Shown piece by piece: positions 13,043-28,000 of a DNA stretch of 64,000 nucleotides. Both the position numbers and the translations under genes were made by a program. Position 1 is the first letter of the stretch. Each line of letters begins with the position of its first letter. Under the pieces are notes generated by a model. It was given only the letters and a program-made list of their open reading frames with translations, did no database searches and was not told the origin of the DNA. Source of the DNA: Stylophora pistillata (taxonomy: Eukaryota); contig NW_019218060.1 in NCBI RefSeq assembly GCF_002571385.2, forward strand, positions 155,579 through 219,578, in the 5' to 3' direction.

Positions 13043-14941
13043 GAAACAAGCAACATGCCATTTACCTTTTATACCAGCTCGTAACTTAGTGAACAACACA
13101 GTTGTTTGTGAGAGACCATTGGATTCTTGAGCAAGTAGGACTACTGTGCATTTTCAATGCAAATTCATTCGGGCAAAACAAGGCGAATTTTTTTCTTTGT
13201 TTTGCGACCTATTTCTCCTGTCCAAATTTTTCGTTCATCAGCAGTGTTTGCCCATTGGTCTGGAACAATCAAGTGTTGTAAGACAAAACCTTTCCGCATT
13301 ATTAGTAAGACTGTGGTGGTGATGCCACTGAATTATGAACTGCTACTTCCTTGTGAGCAGGCCATCAGATTTTGGCCCTAGCCTAGGTCTAAATCATTGT
13401 TGTTCTGCCTACATGGCTTTCTAACACTAGAGTTGTGTAAACCATTTCTTTGTACTCAGATGCAGAAGCGTAAGTCTTAACAGACTGAGTTCTAGTAGAG
13501 TCCTAGCGAGGTAAAACGTTTGCAGTAGAAATGATAAAAACAAAAAAACAAAACAAAGATATGAAACCAAATCGTAGGTGTCTTTCTTCAAGAACTGTTT
13601 GCGTTCCTGATTAAATAGCGGCTTTGAAACGAACTCGGCAAAGAATAAAGCATACATATCAGTTCACGTGTGTACAAAGTTTTTATACCTTCAAAATTTT
13701 TGACGAAAAAAATTGTTTTACATTTATTAACCGTTGAGGGGATGTTTCCTAATTTTCATCGCTATAGTTTCAACAAGGAAAAGAAATGACGTACAGGGTT
13801 AGTCGAGCTGCCTATTTTCACCCTGGAGTATACATGGCGGACCAGTGAAACTCTTTGGGGGAGGGGGGAGGGGGTTTCGGAAAGTAATGGAGAGTTTTAA
13901 GTGGCCAAGTATTTCAATGCACTGCTTTCTCTCTGTTCAGACCAGGGTTTGTTGATTGAGCGTTAACCAAAAAGCCCCGATTGACTACGTGTCCTGCCTC
14001 ACGTGTAACGTAGGCAGTCTGTTTTTGCTATTTATACATCGGGCTTATAAGAAAAGAAAAAATATATAATCCTCTTTTGGTAGAAATACTTATTACTTAC
14101 TTCTGGTCACCAAGTGATCTCAAGGCAATTGCCAACGCTGGATTGAGCTTTTATTGTTATAAAATACCCACTTAAGGTTTTTATTCATTTGAATTAATCA
14201 TTCTAATATTGTGGTTAAATACTTTTTGTAATACTGCATTTATTTTCGTTAATAAATGTTTGTTTTCCTTAGTAATGCGGCTATTTTCCTAGTTTTTCGA
14301 CTAGTTTTCTGCAAGTAGAGTGGCACATTTTGATTTTTCTATAATCATTATCAAAAGGATTCTGACAAAGACAAAGTTAAACTGAAGATTAAGTTTCAAA
14401 CACATAACGAGGAAAAGATCAGTGAACCATTTTCAAAAGACCGTAATACCTGTACGAAATGTAACTTAATCCCATTTTAGCGCGAATCCAACCTTACCGG
14501 GCGTACTTATCCAAAGTTACACACTAGCATTCGAGTACGTGTAAAGTACGAAGGCTGTATAATCGTATTCTATAGCACAAGGAGTCAATAATATCAGCTA
14601 CTGCTAAGACAATTGAGATACAGGCCTCTGATGGGAGGTAATGATAGGAAGTAAACTGCAATGAAAGCTTGTAATGTGCACATTCGGTTGAGTTTGCAAG
14701 CTTAACACGTTGAGCCTTAGCTGAGAACGAATACCATTGTATGATCGGGCCTCCATGACTTTCTTTAATTCTGGTTGTGAATCAGTCTGTTAACTGTTAC
14801 TATTGCAAGAATCTTGTTTCCCCAGAAGTGGATCTCTTTCTTTACTTTTCAGTTTGACGATTTTCTCTGTACTGTTAATTACAAGGAATGCCAAACTGGC
14901 CATATTTTCCATGGCCATTTTTTACCAAAAGCGCACTGAAA

Positions 14942-17900
14942 TCAAACAGCCGTTAGATCGTGATAACAAGCAATTTCCAGTGTGACAGCACCAGGCATCT
15001 TTTCGGCATGTTTCCGCCCTCTACCCATCAGTTGATGAGACAGCACCACTGTTCTGTTATTAATATCGATCCTCATTTTTGCTTGACCCAGGAAGGAGTC
15101 ACAAAACATATTGCTGTCCCAAATCTGGTAAGAAAATCAAAAATGAAAGTTGTACTTAAAATGCAAATAACATCAATAAAAGTAATAATAATTTACTGAT
15201 AATAAAAATTATTGAATAATAATAACGATGATAAGAATGATTGTTATACTGGTGATAATAATGCGAACCAATAAATTCTAGAGATTGAAGAATAGCAATG
15301 ACAAACGATAAAAAAAATAAAAATTGCTTATCTGTGTAGGCAACAAGTGTACAGGCATTCACAACTCCAAAGACAACTATGTCTCAACAGTGTAACAGCG
15401 CCACTAAGACTTATGGGAAATGTTTAAAATCCCCTTTAGCCGAAACCCTTATATCACTTATTAATGCTTTTCTTGGTAGAAAACAAGCTGAAAAAAACTC
15501 TAAAAACTGTGTAGCGTTTGTATTGGTCAAAACGCTCTCAAACCGCAAATGTCAGCGTTGTCGGTAAACTATCCTTTAAGCTCATACATATTTAATTAGA
15601 ACACCACATAAGACCATTTTCTGGGAGTTATGTCGCTTCATCTCCAGCTGAAATAACTCTTATGTTCTCTCAACACTCGTTCCCCTGTTGATCGAGGAAC
15701 TGATGGTAATTTGAAACTAACCTGTACCACCAAGTGCGTTTTCTTGGGTCTCCTGACATAAAACAAAGCACCAGCTGCATTCCATTCCGGGTTACGTGTG
15801 TCATTGACGGTAGGAATTCGGACAGTCTTCCCCTCGCACTTAATCAAAGCGTAAGGGTCAACACCTGATATGAAATTAAAACGATTAAAGGAAGAGAAAG
15901 AAAGAAAGAAATAATCATTACTAGCTGATTTTCTCATAAAGTTTTGTTTCACTGTGATATCACTGGTTCTGAGTTAAACCATTTATTCCAACTTGACATA
16001 AAACAGCAATTTCTATGACGAATTACGATCCTAAAAAACACTGGTAAAGCAAATCCACGTGGTCGCAAAATAACATCCACTAAAAACTTCTCCTCTTGTC
16101 ACGTGATTCTAGAATTTGCACCTCGAGTACACTACAACAAAGCGTCCTTCACAACAATAACTGATTTCTTCCTTAACTACATTCGTTCTTTTCTGGATTT
16201 TCTTTTGCCACTGTAGTATTTTCTTTTTTTCAGGAAACTATCATTTGAAGGTTCAACGCCATAATGAAGAACTTTTCGTATACTCGAATTGACATATAAT
16301 GTGGAAGCTTCTTTCCTTTAAATTGGATGGAAATTTCAGCTTGATAACAGAATGGAATAAATGAAGAGTTGAAGGGGAGGATAAAATATTAATTCGCACA
16401 TGTTCTTTAACTCTAAACGGATTGTTTAGGCAAAAAGAAAAAAAAAATCTTCTCCCCCATGACAAACTTATCTATAGTTTCAATGCTGATGCTAGCGTTG
16501 TCTATCACTCCTAACAAATAAAATCTTCTTGCTATCTGTCTACCCAAAATATCCGGTTAAAGTAACATCCTTACTTAACAAAGTTCTCTTCTGGAGATCA
16601 ACCGCTGACTTCACAAAAACAGACAGGATGCACACAGGGGTGCGACATCGTGGGATACAGCAGCAGATGCTGCTTCCCTTTGGGTGGTCCTTTAATAGTG
16701 CTCTGCAAAAATCATCAGGAAAAAAATAAGAGAACGGAATTTAATGAACACCCCACGCTCAACATGGAAGAGTCTCCACGAAGGAGTGTAGACCTCAAAA
16801 CTTTTCTCTGTACATCAAAACTATCGGGAGCTAGATTACTATGAAGGCGCGCAGCAAGGCATCGACATACTAGAGAGGTAAGGAGCTGAAAACAAAGCTA
16901 AACAACAAATAAACATTTTTTTTTGTCAGGGACAACAAGATTTCCACTTCTATTTCCCAGATTCATTTGAATTTATCTGATTCTTTCACCTCGGCATTTA
17001 CAGTGGTGACACAACTCGAACGGTGGTTATTTTTAATAACCCACTTAATGACCGCCAGCTTCCACTGACAAGTTACAAACCTTGCATTAGACGATTTCTC
17101 GGTGAAGATTCTCAACATAAAATTCCCAGCCACATGTGGATCGTAGGTTGATGGTATAACGACATATCTTCCTGTCTTCAGCTGAAACCTGTTCACTACC
17201 TCCCGCATATTTATAAATATGGAGTCACCAGCTTTCTCCATCATCACATGTAAACGATAGCCGCGATTCTCTTCCACCTTAATACAAATGAAAAAAGAAA
17301 AGATTGGAATGTCAGCAAGTTCTACCACGACTGCGGGTTAAAAATTGAAAATAGTTTTCAAAACAACGGCTTTTGATGAGTAGGACAGTATATATCTTAG
17401 CGTTTGATTCCCTGATCACAAAGCTGTTGTACAACCGCTGATATAGCAGTTAGATGAGATTTAGAAACCTCTCGTAAAATCTTTGGAAATTTTCTATGGA
17501 ATCATCTTTTCTCTCAGTTCAATTGTTTCTTTTCGTTTTCTTCTTATAATTGTAAGCCTCCTAATCAGATGTCCTGCAAGCAAACTTTCCTGAAAGCGAA
17601 TATATATTCGGGATAAAATACCTCTCTCTTTTCTCCCTGAGTGTGATAAACAACCCCCAACTGAAAAAAATGAACAACTCAAAAAGTTTCTGTTCATATG
17701 CACGTGATACCTTCATAATGTAATATCCAATGCTAAGATTCTTTCCGCCTTCATCTCTGTCAATCCTTGTATCTTCCTGCATCAGTGCTATCATTACCTC
17801 TCCAGCGTCATCATCTTTTACACTGAAAGCGTACTAAGGATGCGAAAAAACGTAACTTAGTGGCGATGATGCTTGGGAAAGCTCCAATGCGCAAAGGAAC

Positions 17901-20900
17901 ATAAAGTTGAAGTTATAGGCAGACAGGAAGAATTTAACCCTTCACACTCTTACATCAATATGCATATTCTCCATACTGTTCATTATTCATTTCCTAAGGT
18001 TCCTAAAGAGAATTTGTGTAGCATTCAGTTTGATTTTTAGTCGGTGATCTCTTCTCGTGACTGTAATGTTTGATTCAGGGGTGATATTGAAAGGAGAAAT
18101 TAGATGCTGGTCACTTGCAGGGGTTTAAGGATTAAGCTTAGAGTGGAAAGAGGGTTGCCCGTCAATGTCCAGTAGGGCATGGCCCATTGCATGAGACCAA
18201 ACAAATTATTCTCACTGAATTATATTATTAATACCTGTGGATTCTTGAAAAATGTGTCCTGGTTAGTAACGCATCCTCCTGCAGATGAACCAGGCTTCCA
18301 TTCGTTTTTGTGTTTAAAAATGTGCCATCGCTTGGATAAAGAGAAAATTGATGTATTCATCAAATGACACATGGTGGCCTTGGAGAAGTAACGGCAGAAA
18401 TCTTCAAACGACATCCTGTAAAAAATTAAAGAAAAGAGACTTAGACAACTGATTTGGACAAGAAGTTCTGAGGAAATGCGTGCAGGATGTTTGAGAATAA
18501 CTAAAACAAGGACAACATCAACAATTTTAGTAATGATAATGATTGTAAAATTACTGTAATAAATAATAATGATAATAAATATGACGAGTGAACAGTGACC
18601 AAGCATCTTAGAACATGGGTTGTAGAAATTGGAATCCCTAGAATCCCTAGTTAGCTACAATGGAAAGGTCTCATAAATCAGACGTTGTTTATTTACAGTA
18701 ACTGTGTGGAACAAGTAGAAACCCTGGTTAATACTAGGAATTCCCGAGAGTTCTTTTAATCAATGCAGATCTATGTGATATTTTTAAAGTATTCGCATGT
18801 ATCATAATTATGATCGATGTTCTTCTACTGACCAGAACTCGCCATCATCTTCGAAGTCAATTCCGAGCTTTCTCCTTACTTCTGCTTCAAGCTTGTTCCA
18901 CTCTTCTGAACTATGTAAACACAAAAACACAAAAACACAAAAGGACAAAACAAAAGGAAAACTCGACCTCATAAATAAGAATTCCCAAGCTTAAAATCGA
19001 CTCTAGGTCCTTTACCCATCACTCCACGCGCCATTCCATTCTTTTTGTCCCCAAGGATTTCTTAGTCGGAGCAGGTACAGATGTTCTCGATTAAACAGGT
19101 TGAATAAGCCGTCGCCCGTAGTGATCTGACCAAAGAAAAGTCAAACAAATCATTCCACTTTGTTACACGTGCTTTCCTGTGGGTATATGTAGCGGCTTTG
19201 TAATTCTTTTTCTCTGTTTCACTATAAGAAACTATGTTTTGTTCGCCATCCTGCACACTAAAAGAGAACTAAAACAGGGTGACAAACAAGCAACCGAACA
19301 GCAACAACAACAACAACAACAGCAAAACCAAAAACAGAAGCACACCATCAAAACTCTGAACAAAAAAAGAGTAACCAAAACGTTCTATTTTTACTATAAA
19401 AGCAGTCATATCTTCTCATAGCTCGATTCAAATTAGCTTGCGGCGAGGCGCCAAACTTCGCTTACCTTCTTTATTGCAGTAACACCGTATGCGTGTCCCA
19501 TTACCAAGCCAGTTTCTGTGCGTTTTTCCATTTCTTCATTGTTTTTAGCCTACAAACGTAGATTTTCCAAATATGAAATGGCTGCATAAATGAATAGAAA
19601 CAGAAACAAGGGACAGATACAATTAGCATTGCAAGAGTATTTACCGAGATTGAAGCACCAACAAGAGACTTGTTATCCATGGCCTTTTGCATGCTTTTGA
19701 AAAATTCTAGTCTTCTTTCTTCATCGTCATTGTAATTTGCATCCTTAAGGTTAACTGACTCGCACACCCCCCCTGTGAAATCAACCAGAGCGTCAGCGAT
19801 ATTGCCTGCCTCCAGAGCCTCGTAACTTCCATTCAATCTGAAATAAAAAATGTCGCGAGTGAGAATTCATGCATGTTGTTTGTTTAACAGGGGGATAAGT
19901 TTCTAAAGAGGCTTTCGCTCTGACAACGGGCTAATGCTCGAAACGTTAGCTTCATAAACTCTCAGTCGGTGGCCAATTCACATTATCAACTCAGTAGATT
20001 AAACCAAATTATCTTGTACCGATTATTCAACTTTGATTAAAAACACTATGGAGTTGAGTTTATCTAATAAACAGCTAATCGTTGTTTAACAAAACTGCGT
20101 GTTATGAACCGACCGTGATTAGTCGTTAACAATAATGCTTTCACTTACTTGGCGTAAGACTTTTCAAGTAACGCTCCCCAGAACTCATTCTTCACCGAGG
20201 AGTGGATGAAGACCAACTGACCATTAATTGTAGGAAGAAGATCATCGATCACCACTTCAGTCCACTCACCCTGCCGCCAAAACCGGAACCTGAAGATACC
20301 CTGGTACTTGCCAACGTCTTTTACATCCCACTCTTGGTTCTCCACGTCAGGAATGACCTAGCGTAGTAATTCAGGAATACCAAGATCATATCAAAGCGTG
20401 CTTTTGTTATATATATATTTTTCTCCTTCTTTTCTGCTATCGAGCTCTAGTTAGTTGTAGACCATGTAGAAGTCATGCCCTCAAGCATTAAGTTTGCTCT
20501 AACCGTAGGCTTTGGGGAGTTAGGAAGGTTTTCCTCTGAATGGATCCTATTTTTCTTCCTGCGACATGGAGTATCATTTCTTGTCTGGTATGAGATGCTG
20601 GTCAATTACACTACCCCTTTCCTGCTTACAATTTTAATTTCTAGTCTTTCGTTGAGTGAAGCATTGGAAAAGTAAAGCGTTTTGCCAATAGCACAACTCG
20701 ATTCCTCTGGTCAGCGGTCGGCGGAATCTGGCCTAGTGCAATGAACATTATGTATCGACTTTGTTGATGAGAAATCCGATTTTTCTTTCCCACCAATATC
20801 AGCTAAACAATATATTTAGCAAGTTATTTAAGGGATCTTGTTTGCCTTCTCCGGCCTTTCTCCCTTCCAGGCCACCCTATTTAATCCACCCCAAGACAGA

Positions 20901-23075
20901 CTCAGTATATGATTACCAGTACTATATATGTTTAGACTGTTCCCAGGAGGTTTCATGTTACCCAGAGATAGATTTAAGTTTAAGGCCGGTCACATGCATC
21001 TAGCAGCATGTTAGGCTCTTTTCAGTCAGTTGTATACCTTCTCCAAGAGTGAAGGCTCCAGGGCCAGAGTTGAACATGATGCCACAAACCAACAGTTTCC
21101 AAGTTTTCCTTGAGTGATGTCATGTCTGCTTGATCCGTCAACAAACAGGCTTGGAGGGTCTGGCTCGCAAATGTCCTTATAATGGAAAATATATTTTACA
21201 AATGAAATATACAATAGGCAGGGATGATATATCACCACCATCTCTAAAGTTAACCTTAATAAACCACTTGGTTTTCCTTATCACCATGTGCAGGATACCT
21301 ACCCAATCAAGATTTTTCAAAGCTATGCAAATTTGTTAACCAAGAATACTCCATGACAGCGAATGCAGGGGCGTGGTAATTTTTTTTTTTTTTTTTTTTT
21401 CGTTTTCGATGCCTTACATTTTTGTCCTGATGTCTTGCTTTTGTTTTATTTTTAATAGTTTTCTTTTACAAGTGTAGAGGAGAGCTTGAAGTCTTGTAAT
21501 CATTTCATTATTGTCATATTTATAAATTTATCATTATTTCCTTTTTTTAAACAAAGAGGCAGGTGGATGGAAGTCGCAGCATTCAAGGACTCCTAACTAC
21601 ACACTCGAGTGGGAAAGAGTGGAGTATTTATCGTCTGTCTCAGACATGAGGCAGTGAAAGAAAATTGATAATTTTACTGATCTTGAATCTTATTTTCTTA
21701 ATTAGATTGTTATTTTGCTTCTTGCTTTAAAAATTCTTTAACCGTAAGAATTAATCAAAAAATGGCTCGACTCGTCAGCTGACACCTTGTGATAATAGAA
21801 AATGAGAACTGACATAAACGTAAATATTTGAATTATCAAACGGGTGGCTGAAATGACATTGATCAACATACTTGGTCACTAGGTGATTTGCGCTTACGAG
21901 TCTATAAAGAAGATCACAAATTAACGTGGATTAAAGAGTATAGGTACCCATTTCTTTTTTTTTTTTTTTGGTGTTGCTTATTGAATAATTTGTTTTTGAA
22001 CTGGATCAGCACGAATATATGCTTATTCATATGCTTTTATCTCCCCCACCCACTGGGCAGTTTATTATAAATGTTATTACGTTATATTCTTGACGGAGTC
22101 TCAGTAAATAGTTTGGAACTGGAACTAAAGAGGCTAGTGAAATTAGACCCCAACTCCACTCTAAAGCATGAAACAAAATTTAATCTCCGTTGAACCTGAG
22201 GCATTTGAAAATGGTAGTTGACTTCCCAGACTGCCACCCAAAGCGTTCATTTTATTTCTCAATCACGCTCGCGTGAGTTTTGTTACGTATTTCAATATTC
22301 ATGAATTATCTGAATTAATGAAGCGGTCACCATTGTTGAGTTTACAATAAGTTTCAAAACAAAAACGTACTCTTCAAATCGCCCCACTAAAATCATGCAA
22401 ACCAAAGGTTGAAAATTAACAAGAAGCTCCTACAAATGTCAGGTTGTAGATCGTTCTTCAAGCATTAATCATTGGGGCTTGCCATCCTAGCGTTCAGTCT
22501 TCTCGTTTTTTAAAGGAGTATGTTAATTTAAAAAGTTTAACTCATCAGACAATAAACCCCCATTTATTTGCGTTGGTGACATTGCAAGATTGTTCCCTTC
22601 TATGACAGTTTTGATCGTCCGCTAAAATCGGATAGGATTAGAAGTTTTTCTTTGGAATTTTCTTAAAAGGGGGGCTTTGTTTGCTTTTTGTAAGCGGGAT
22701 GATCTGAGTTAGAACGTATGTTCGTAGTATGAAGTGACATACTGTAAGAAGTCTAACTATAAACAATTGACAAAAATTGATAATCCTCTGAAAAACATTG
22801 CTCTTACAAACCTACATGAAATCTCAGAATTGCGCATTGCCTTAATGCTTTCCTTGAAGCATGATATGGGAGACAGCTGAATAGAACGAAGACTAACGGA
22901 GCTTTAACAATACCTTAGGTCGTCGCCAATCGATTTGTTCTGGCGGTGCACGGCTGAAAAAGATCGAATTATCGTTCGCTGGAAATTCAGGATCTTCGAA
23001 CAGACGCTCTTCCTTTTCGCATTGTGACTTGAGTTTGCTGTAACGCTGGTTCTTGAAATAGTGCAGCTTTACCAT
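14942..23075 (-). CDS. CAPN5: Calpain-5-like cysteine protease (CysPc + domain III + C2), paralog A
   Basis: Multi-exon. Starts [20 protein letters not shown]. Catalytic triad motifs [16 protein letters not shown] and RNPWGQKEW; also [13 protein letters not shown] and SSAGGC..NPQ. C2 exons [10 protein letters not shown] and [14 protein letters not shown]; stop TGA at 14944-14942. No penta-EF-hand domain. Confidence 0.93.
19888..20015 (+). mobile_element. Penelope-type repeat fragment with degenerate hammerhead core
   Basis: GCT-CTGACAA-CGGGCTAATGCTC-GAAAC-GTT-AGC resembles a minimal hammerhead layout with core mutations. Related to the copy at ~29020-29245. Confidence 0.6.
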
Positions 23076-25010
23076 AACTCAAAAGTAAACGATTTCACGC
23101 TCAACTGGATTCATAAAAGCTTTGATCGCGTCAAAATTTTGATTTTATTAGTAACATCATCGCGACCTTCATTGATGGTGGCGCATGGGAAGGGTCTGGG
23201 TCGAGTCTAAAAATATATCTTGTTCTGTCTTATCCTATGAACTCATCAGAATTGGTAAGAAACATTTCGTCAGTTATCATATTAAAAGAGATCACTTTAA
23301 GGCTCATATCCCCACCCTCGTAATTTCGCTGGTAACAGCTCGCCTACACCTACTCCTCGCAGAGTAAACTTCATTAAGACTGGTCTGGGCAACTTCGCCC
23401 CCAATCCAAAAAGAAAAACTTTCAGTCTTTTGCTAAAATACCTCACATCAATGAAACGAAATAGTATGTCACAACTTCATTGCCAGCGTAAATTACCGCA
23501 GAAATCTCCATTTGTATCAATCACTCGTTCGCACACACATGCCACGCGCGCGACGCGTTAAACGTTCGTACATGCATGTCAGGCGCGCGACTCTTTTCAT
23601 CCCTTTGTTTAACTAACTGGAAACATACATAGTTCACTTCGTATTTGAAATTTATTTTTCACTAATTCCCCAATTCACGTAGTGTTACAAAATTGTTACG
23701 ATAGTTGTATACAGAAAAAAAAAATTAAACAAATAACCAGCCGCACCCGAAATTACGACCAGTTTACTGTCGTAAGATCAGTGTTCTTTCTTCATTGACA
23801 ACTTGGTAAGCTCTGTAACTTTATACGCTCTATCTTTTGTCATCTGTAATACATATGCCAAAATATGTACTGGTATATACCGTTTACTTAAGGTCCTTAC
23901 TTTTCTCATGTATTATTTCTGCAAAAACACCTAATGACGTTTTCAGCGTGTGTGAAATACTTCGAAAACAACTAACAGCTCACATGAAAGCTTAAAAATA
24001 CAATTCAAGCCTTTTACTCAAAGCCTGATTTCAAGGATTGAAGGTTAGCTAGGGTAAGTGAGCTTACACTTCTAACATAAATAATTATCATACTCCTTAG
24101 TGGCATTTAGCATGCCGGTGAAAAAGTTCAGAGAACTATTCACCAGCAAGCAGCCAAGCTATATTTTAGCGAGGGAATTTAAGTTTGCTAATTGCGTTTG
24201 CGATACTTAGCTTAATTTAGTGAGAGTACCTGGCGTATAAATGGGAAATACCTCTTTTAAATCTGATAAAGCCGGTACGGCTTTTAATGCTTTCCTAGCG
24301 ACTAGAAAAATACTTTTTGTATTCCTTTTAGAACTACAAAAACGATTAATAAAATTTTCTTCCCCATACTTACAATTTTGTGACAAATACAGTGCAAAAG
24401 AATCATCGACCGATTTTCTGGATCGTGATCTTTTTATTTTAAAAGCATGCTAATTTCCTATAAATTGCAATGTGGCTGTATTTCATTGAAAATATTCCAC
24501 AAAGGTCTTTAAGCGACAATCGCCTAAAGTTTCCCATTTCAACTGTGCTAAATTCTTTATTACCTGCAGCCCCATAGCTATCGACTAAACGCCATAGGTT
24601 TGAGTTAAATAACTTATTATAAAGTCTGTCCAAATCGGGTGTTGTCATGTCATTAGTAACTACCATGGCAAAGGTGTAAAAGATTCTTTTCTTTGTATAA
24701 TTATAACATTTATAATTATCAAAGAACAAAAAGGGAAAAAAATGCTACACACTGTCACATTTGTTTTCGTTCCCGCACCAAAGAAACAAGTGCTAGCCAC
24801 CTTAAAAACAAGCGTGACATTGGAACTTGCACACGGGTACTTACATTACGTCAGCGGCTACTTTCTGCAAGAACTACTTCCTAAATTGCGGCCAAACCTG
24901 AGAAATAGAAAGCGTCTTTGCACTTTATTCCTAACTAATTCCCTTTGGTCAGATGAAAGCAGGCATTGATAAGATCTCTCTTTCACAACGAAACATTATA
25001 ATTCAAATCA

Positions 25011-28000
25011 TTAGATGGCGAGCAGATCCTGGTAACATTTAACTTCCACGGTCACAACGCCAGGCATTTGTACCTGGTGATTTCGCATTCGTCCCATCAG
25101 CTGGTGTGTTTCTGTGACAGCTTTGTTGTTAATATCGATTGCTATCTTGGCTTGACCCATGAATGAGTCCCAGAACCAGTTGTAATCCCAAACCTGAATG
25201 AAAAGACGACGAGAAAGGCACTTACATAAGGACCTGTTGTCACGCGACAGCCATGTTGATAAACTACTTTCAAAAAGTATTACTACATAGAAGAGCTACG
25301 AAAATACGCGATCCTTTTTGGGGATATTGAATAAGTATACTTCTCGTGAAGACCAACTATGACACAGAAAAAGGTGTGACAATATTAAAATAACCCCACT
25401 GTGCATTAATTCTATATTGACGGTTAAACGATAAAGCTAGTAACTATCCTTACTTGTACAACCAAGCGAGATTTTTGAGGTCTCCTGACAAAAAACAGCG
25501 CACCAGTGTTCCACTGTGGATTCAACGAGTCTTTCTGAACAGGAGTTTTGACTTTTCGTCCCTCACAGCTGATCGTGGCGTATGGATCAGGCGCTGAAAT
25601 TATGACAAAATATAAAGAAATTATCATAAAAATAAAAATAATATACGCTTTACGTGCTGGAAGATCGAAACGACACGAAAGAACGAAACGACACGAAAGA
25701 ACGCTTAAAAAGAGGTGTTTATATTTATTACAAATTTTATTTGATTTGTAATAAATAAAAACACCTCTTTTCATTTAATCAAATCGGCGCTCTCTTATAG
25801 AACCCGAACAGACTCTCAACACCTAGCTATAGCACTACCTTGCGACCAATGCCGGTGGGGGGGGGAGGCGGGGTCGTAATAACGGTGAAATGAGATCCTT
25901 CCGAGAAAAAGTATCCACGAGTCCATGGAAAACGCCCGATTAATAGACTTCCCTTATCACAAGAGGTTATGTACGCATGGGGAACGAATCATGAGTTCGC
26001 ATGAGATGTGTCACCCACGATGGCCGTTCATTACAGGGCTTATTAGTGCTTCTGGTAAATTCAAACCACCTAATTAATTCAATAATTTTCCTAATTAGGA
26101 ACAACGCAGTTGGCGTTCCGATAAACCTTTCACTACTGGTAACAACGAGTTTGTTTACTTACTCATTGAAAGTCTGCTTGTTTTTTGAAGTCCGCCGGCT
26201 GATTTAACAGTAACGGAAAGCACGCAAAGCGGAGTACGGCATTGTGGGAAGCAGCAGAATATTTGACTTCCGGTGGAGTGCTCCTGGTTTAGAAACCTAC
26301 AGAAATAAGATAGGGATGAAAACTCTGACTTTAGAACAGTTGGTCAGTGCCAAGTACAGCGTTAGGTATGAGGATACTTACATTGCTTTTGAGGACTTTT
26401 CTGTGAATATTCTCATCAGAAATTGCCCAGCTTTGTTTTGTTCGTATGTGGATGGTATCACCACATATCTTCCTTTCTTGAAATGAAACTTGTTCACCAC
26501 TTCTCGGGCGTTGATGAAGATGGAATCACCAGCTTTTTCAAACATTGTATGTAAGCGATACTTTCTGTTTTCCTCCACCTAAAGCGTAAAAATCAGACTG
26601 TGAGCCGGCCAATGTGGACAGACAATGGCCAACACGACGCAAAACCAAACAATTAAGTTAACTTCTCTTTTACCAGACAGACAAACAGGCCAACAGACGA
26701 ACAAGTAGACAGAAACCCACGCATAGACCGACATGCGAAAAATGTGCAAGATGGTCAAATTAAATGCCAGAAAATGTTATGTTACGGTAATAATGGGCAT
26801 TAAGAAAAAACCAAAACATGACAAATATTTGATTTAACACAAAAGTATTCTGACAATTATGATTTGAACGGTCAGAAATGAATAGATCATCGGTAGCCAT
26901 TTTAGCAGTGTTACCTTCATAACAAAATATCCAATGGTGAGATTTTCTGCACCATGTTCTTTCTCCTTTCTTGTGTCTTCCTGCATCAGTGAGATCATCA
27001 CTTCACCTTCCTCTTTGACAGTGAAAGCATACTGACAAAATCATTGGTACAATTAATAGTAGTGTCAGGAACATAAACGCCTCCCGGTTTAGCTCAATTG
27101 GTTAGAGCGCCGGATTGTGTTGTGCGGGAGGTCGAGCCCCGGCCGGACCAATACTCATGGTCGTAAAATAAATGAGGAGAATTTGCTACCTTTCTCTATA
27201 ATCAAGAAATGGATAAATATTCTAGTGTTCTCGGATAAGGACGAATAAACCGTAGGCCCCGTCTCCTGCAGGGTTAGGGGTAGGAGACGTTAATTTCCCA
27301 CGCACGAGATTACTGTGTGGTGGATTTCCTCCCCTGGTGAGATGGGCGGCTGTTGGCCCTGAAAAGTCCCTATGGGGAGTGGTCAACCTATGTATGTGTA
27401 TGTGTGTTGTGATAATCAGAAAAATTCAGAGAAAAATATTTCTTGAGCCCAATGACACAAAGCTACTTCGGTGCTTATTTCTATTAAGTCTCGCCCATTT
27501 CTGGTAACCTCCAATCCCTCTTCCCCTGATACCATTTACATGCACCTGGGTGGGGAGGGAGAGGCATTGTAGAAGTAAAGTGTCTTGTAAAGACACAAGA
27601 AATATCTATTGCAAGGTTTGGGTTTTCCCACAGAAAAAAAAATGCGAGCCCTGCATAAAAATGTGGACACTACTTCAAACTTACCTAGCAAACTAAATGA
27701 TAGAATACAGGTAAATTAAAGATCACAGTATGATGTTATGTACCTGCGGGTTCTTAAGGAAAGTGCTTCTATTTTCAACACACCCACCAGCAGTGGAGCC
27801 TGGTGACCAGCGATAGTTATGCTTAAACACATGCCATCTGTTTGAGAAGGAAAAGATGGATGTGTTGAGGACATGGCACAAGGTGGCATTTGTGAAGTAT
27901 GTGCAGAAGTCTTCAAATGCCATCCTACAAAAAAACACACAAACAGTAAATATGGGCATATACCGAAGACAAAACATGCAAAGAGAAGAAGCAAAAGATA

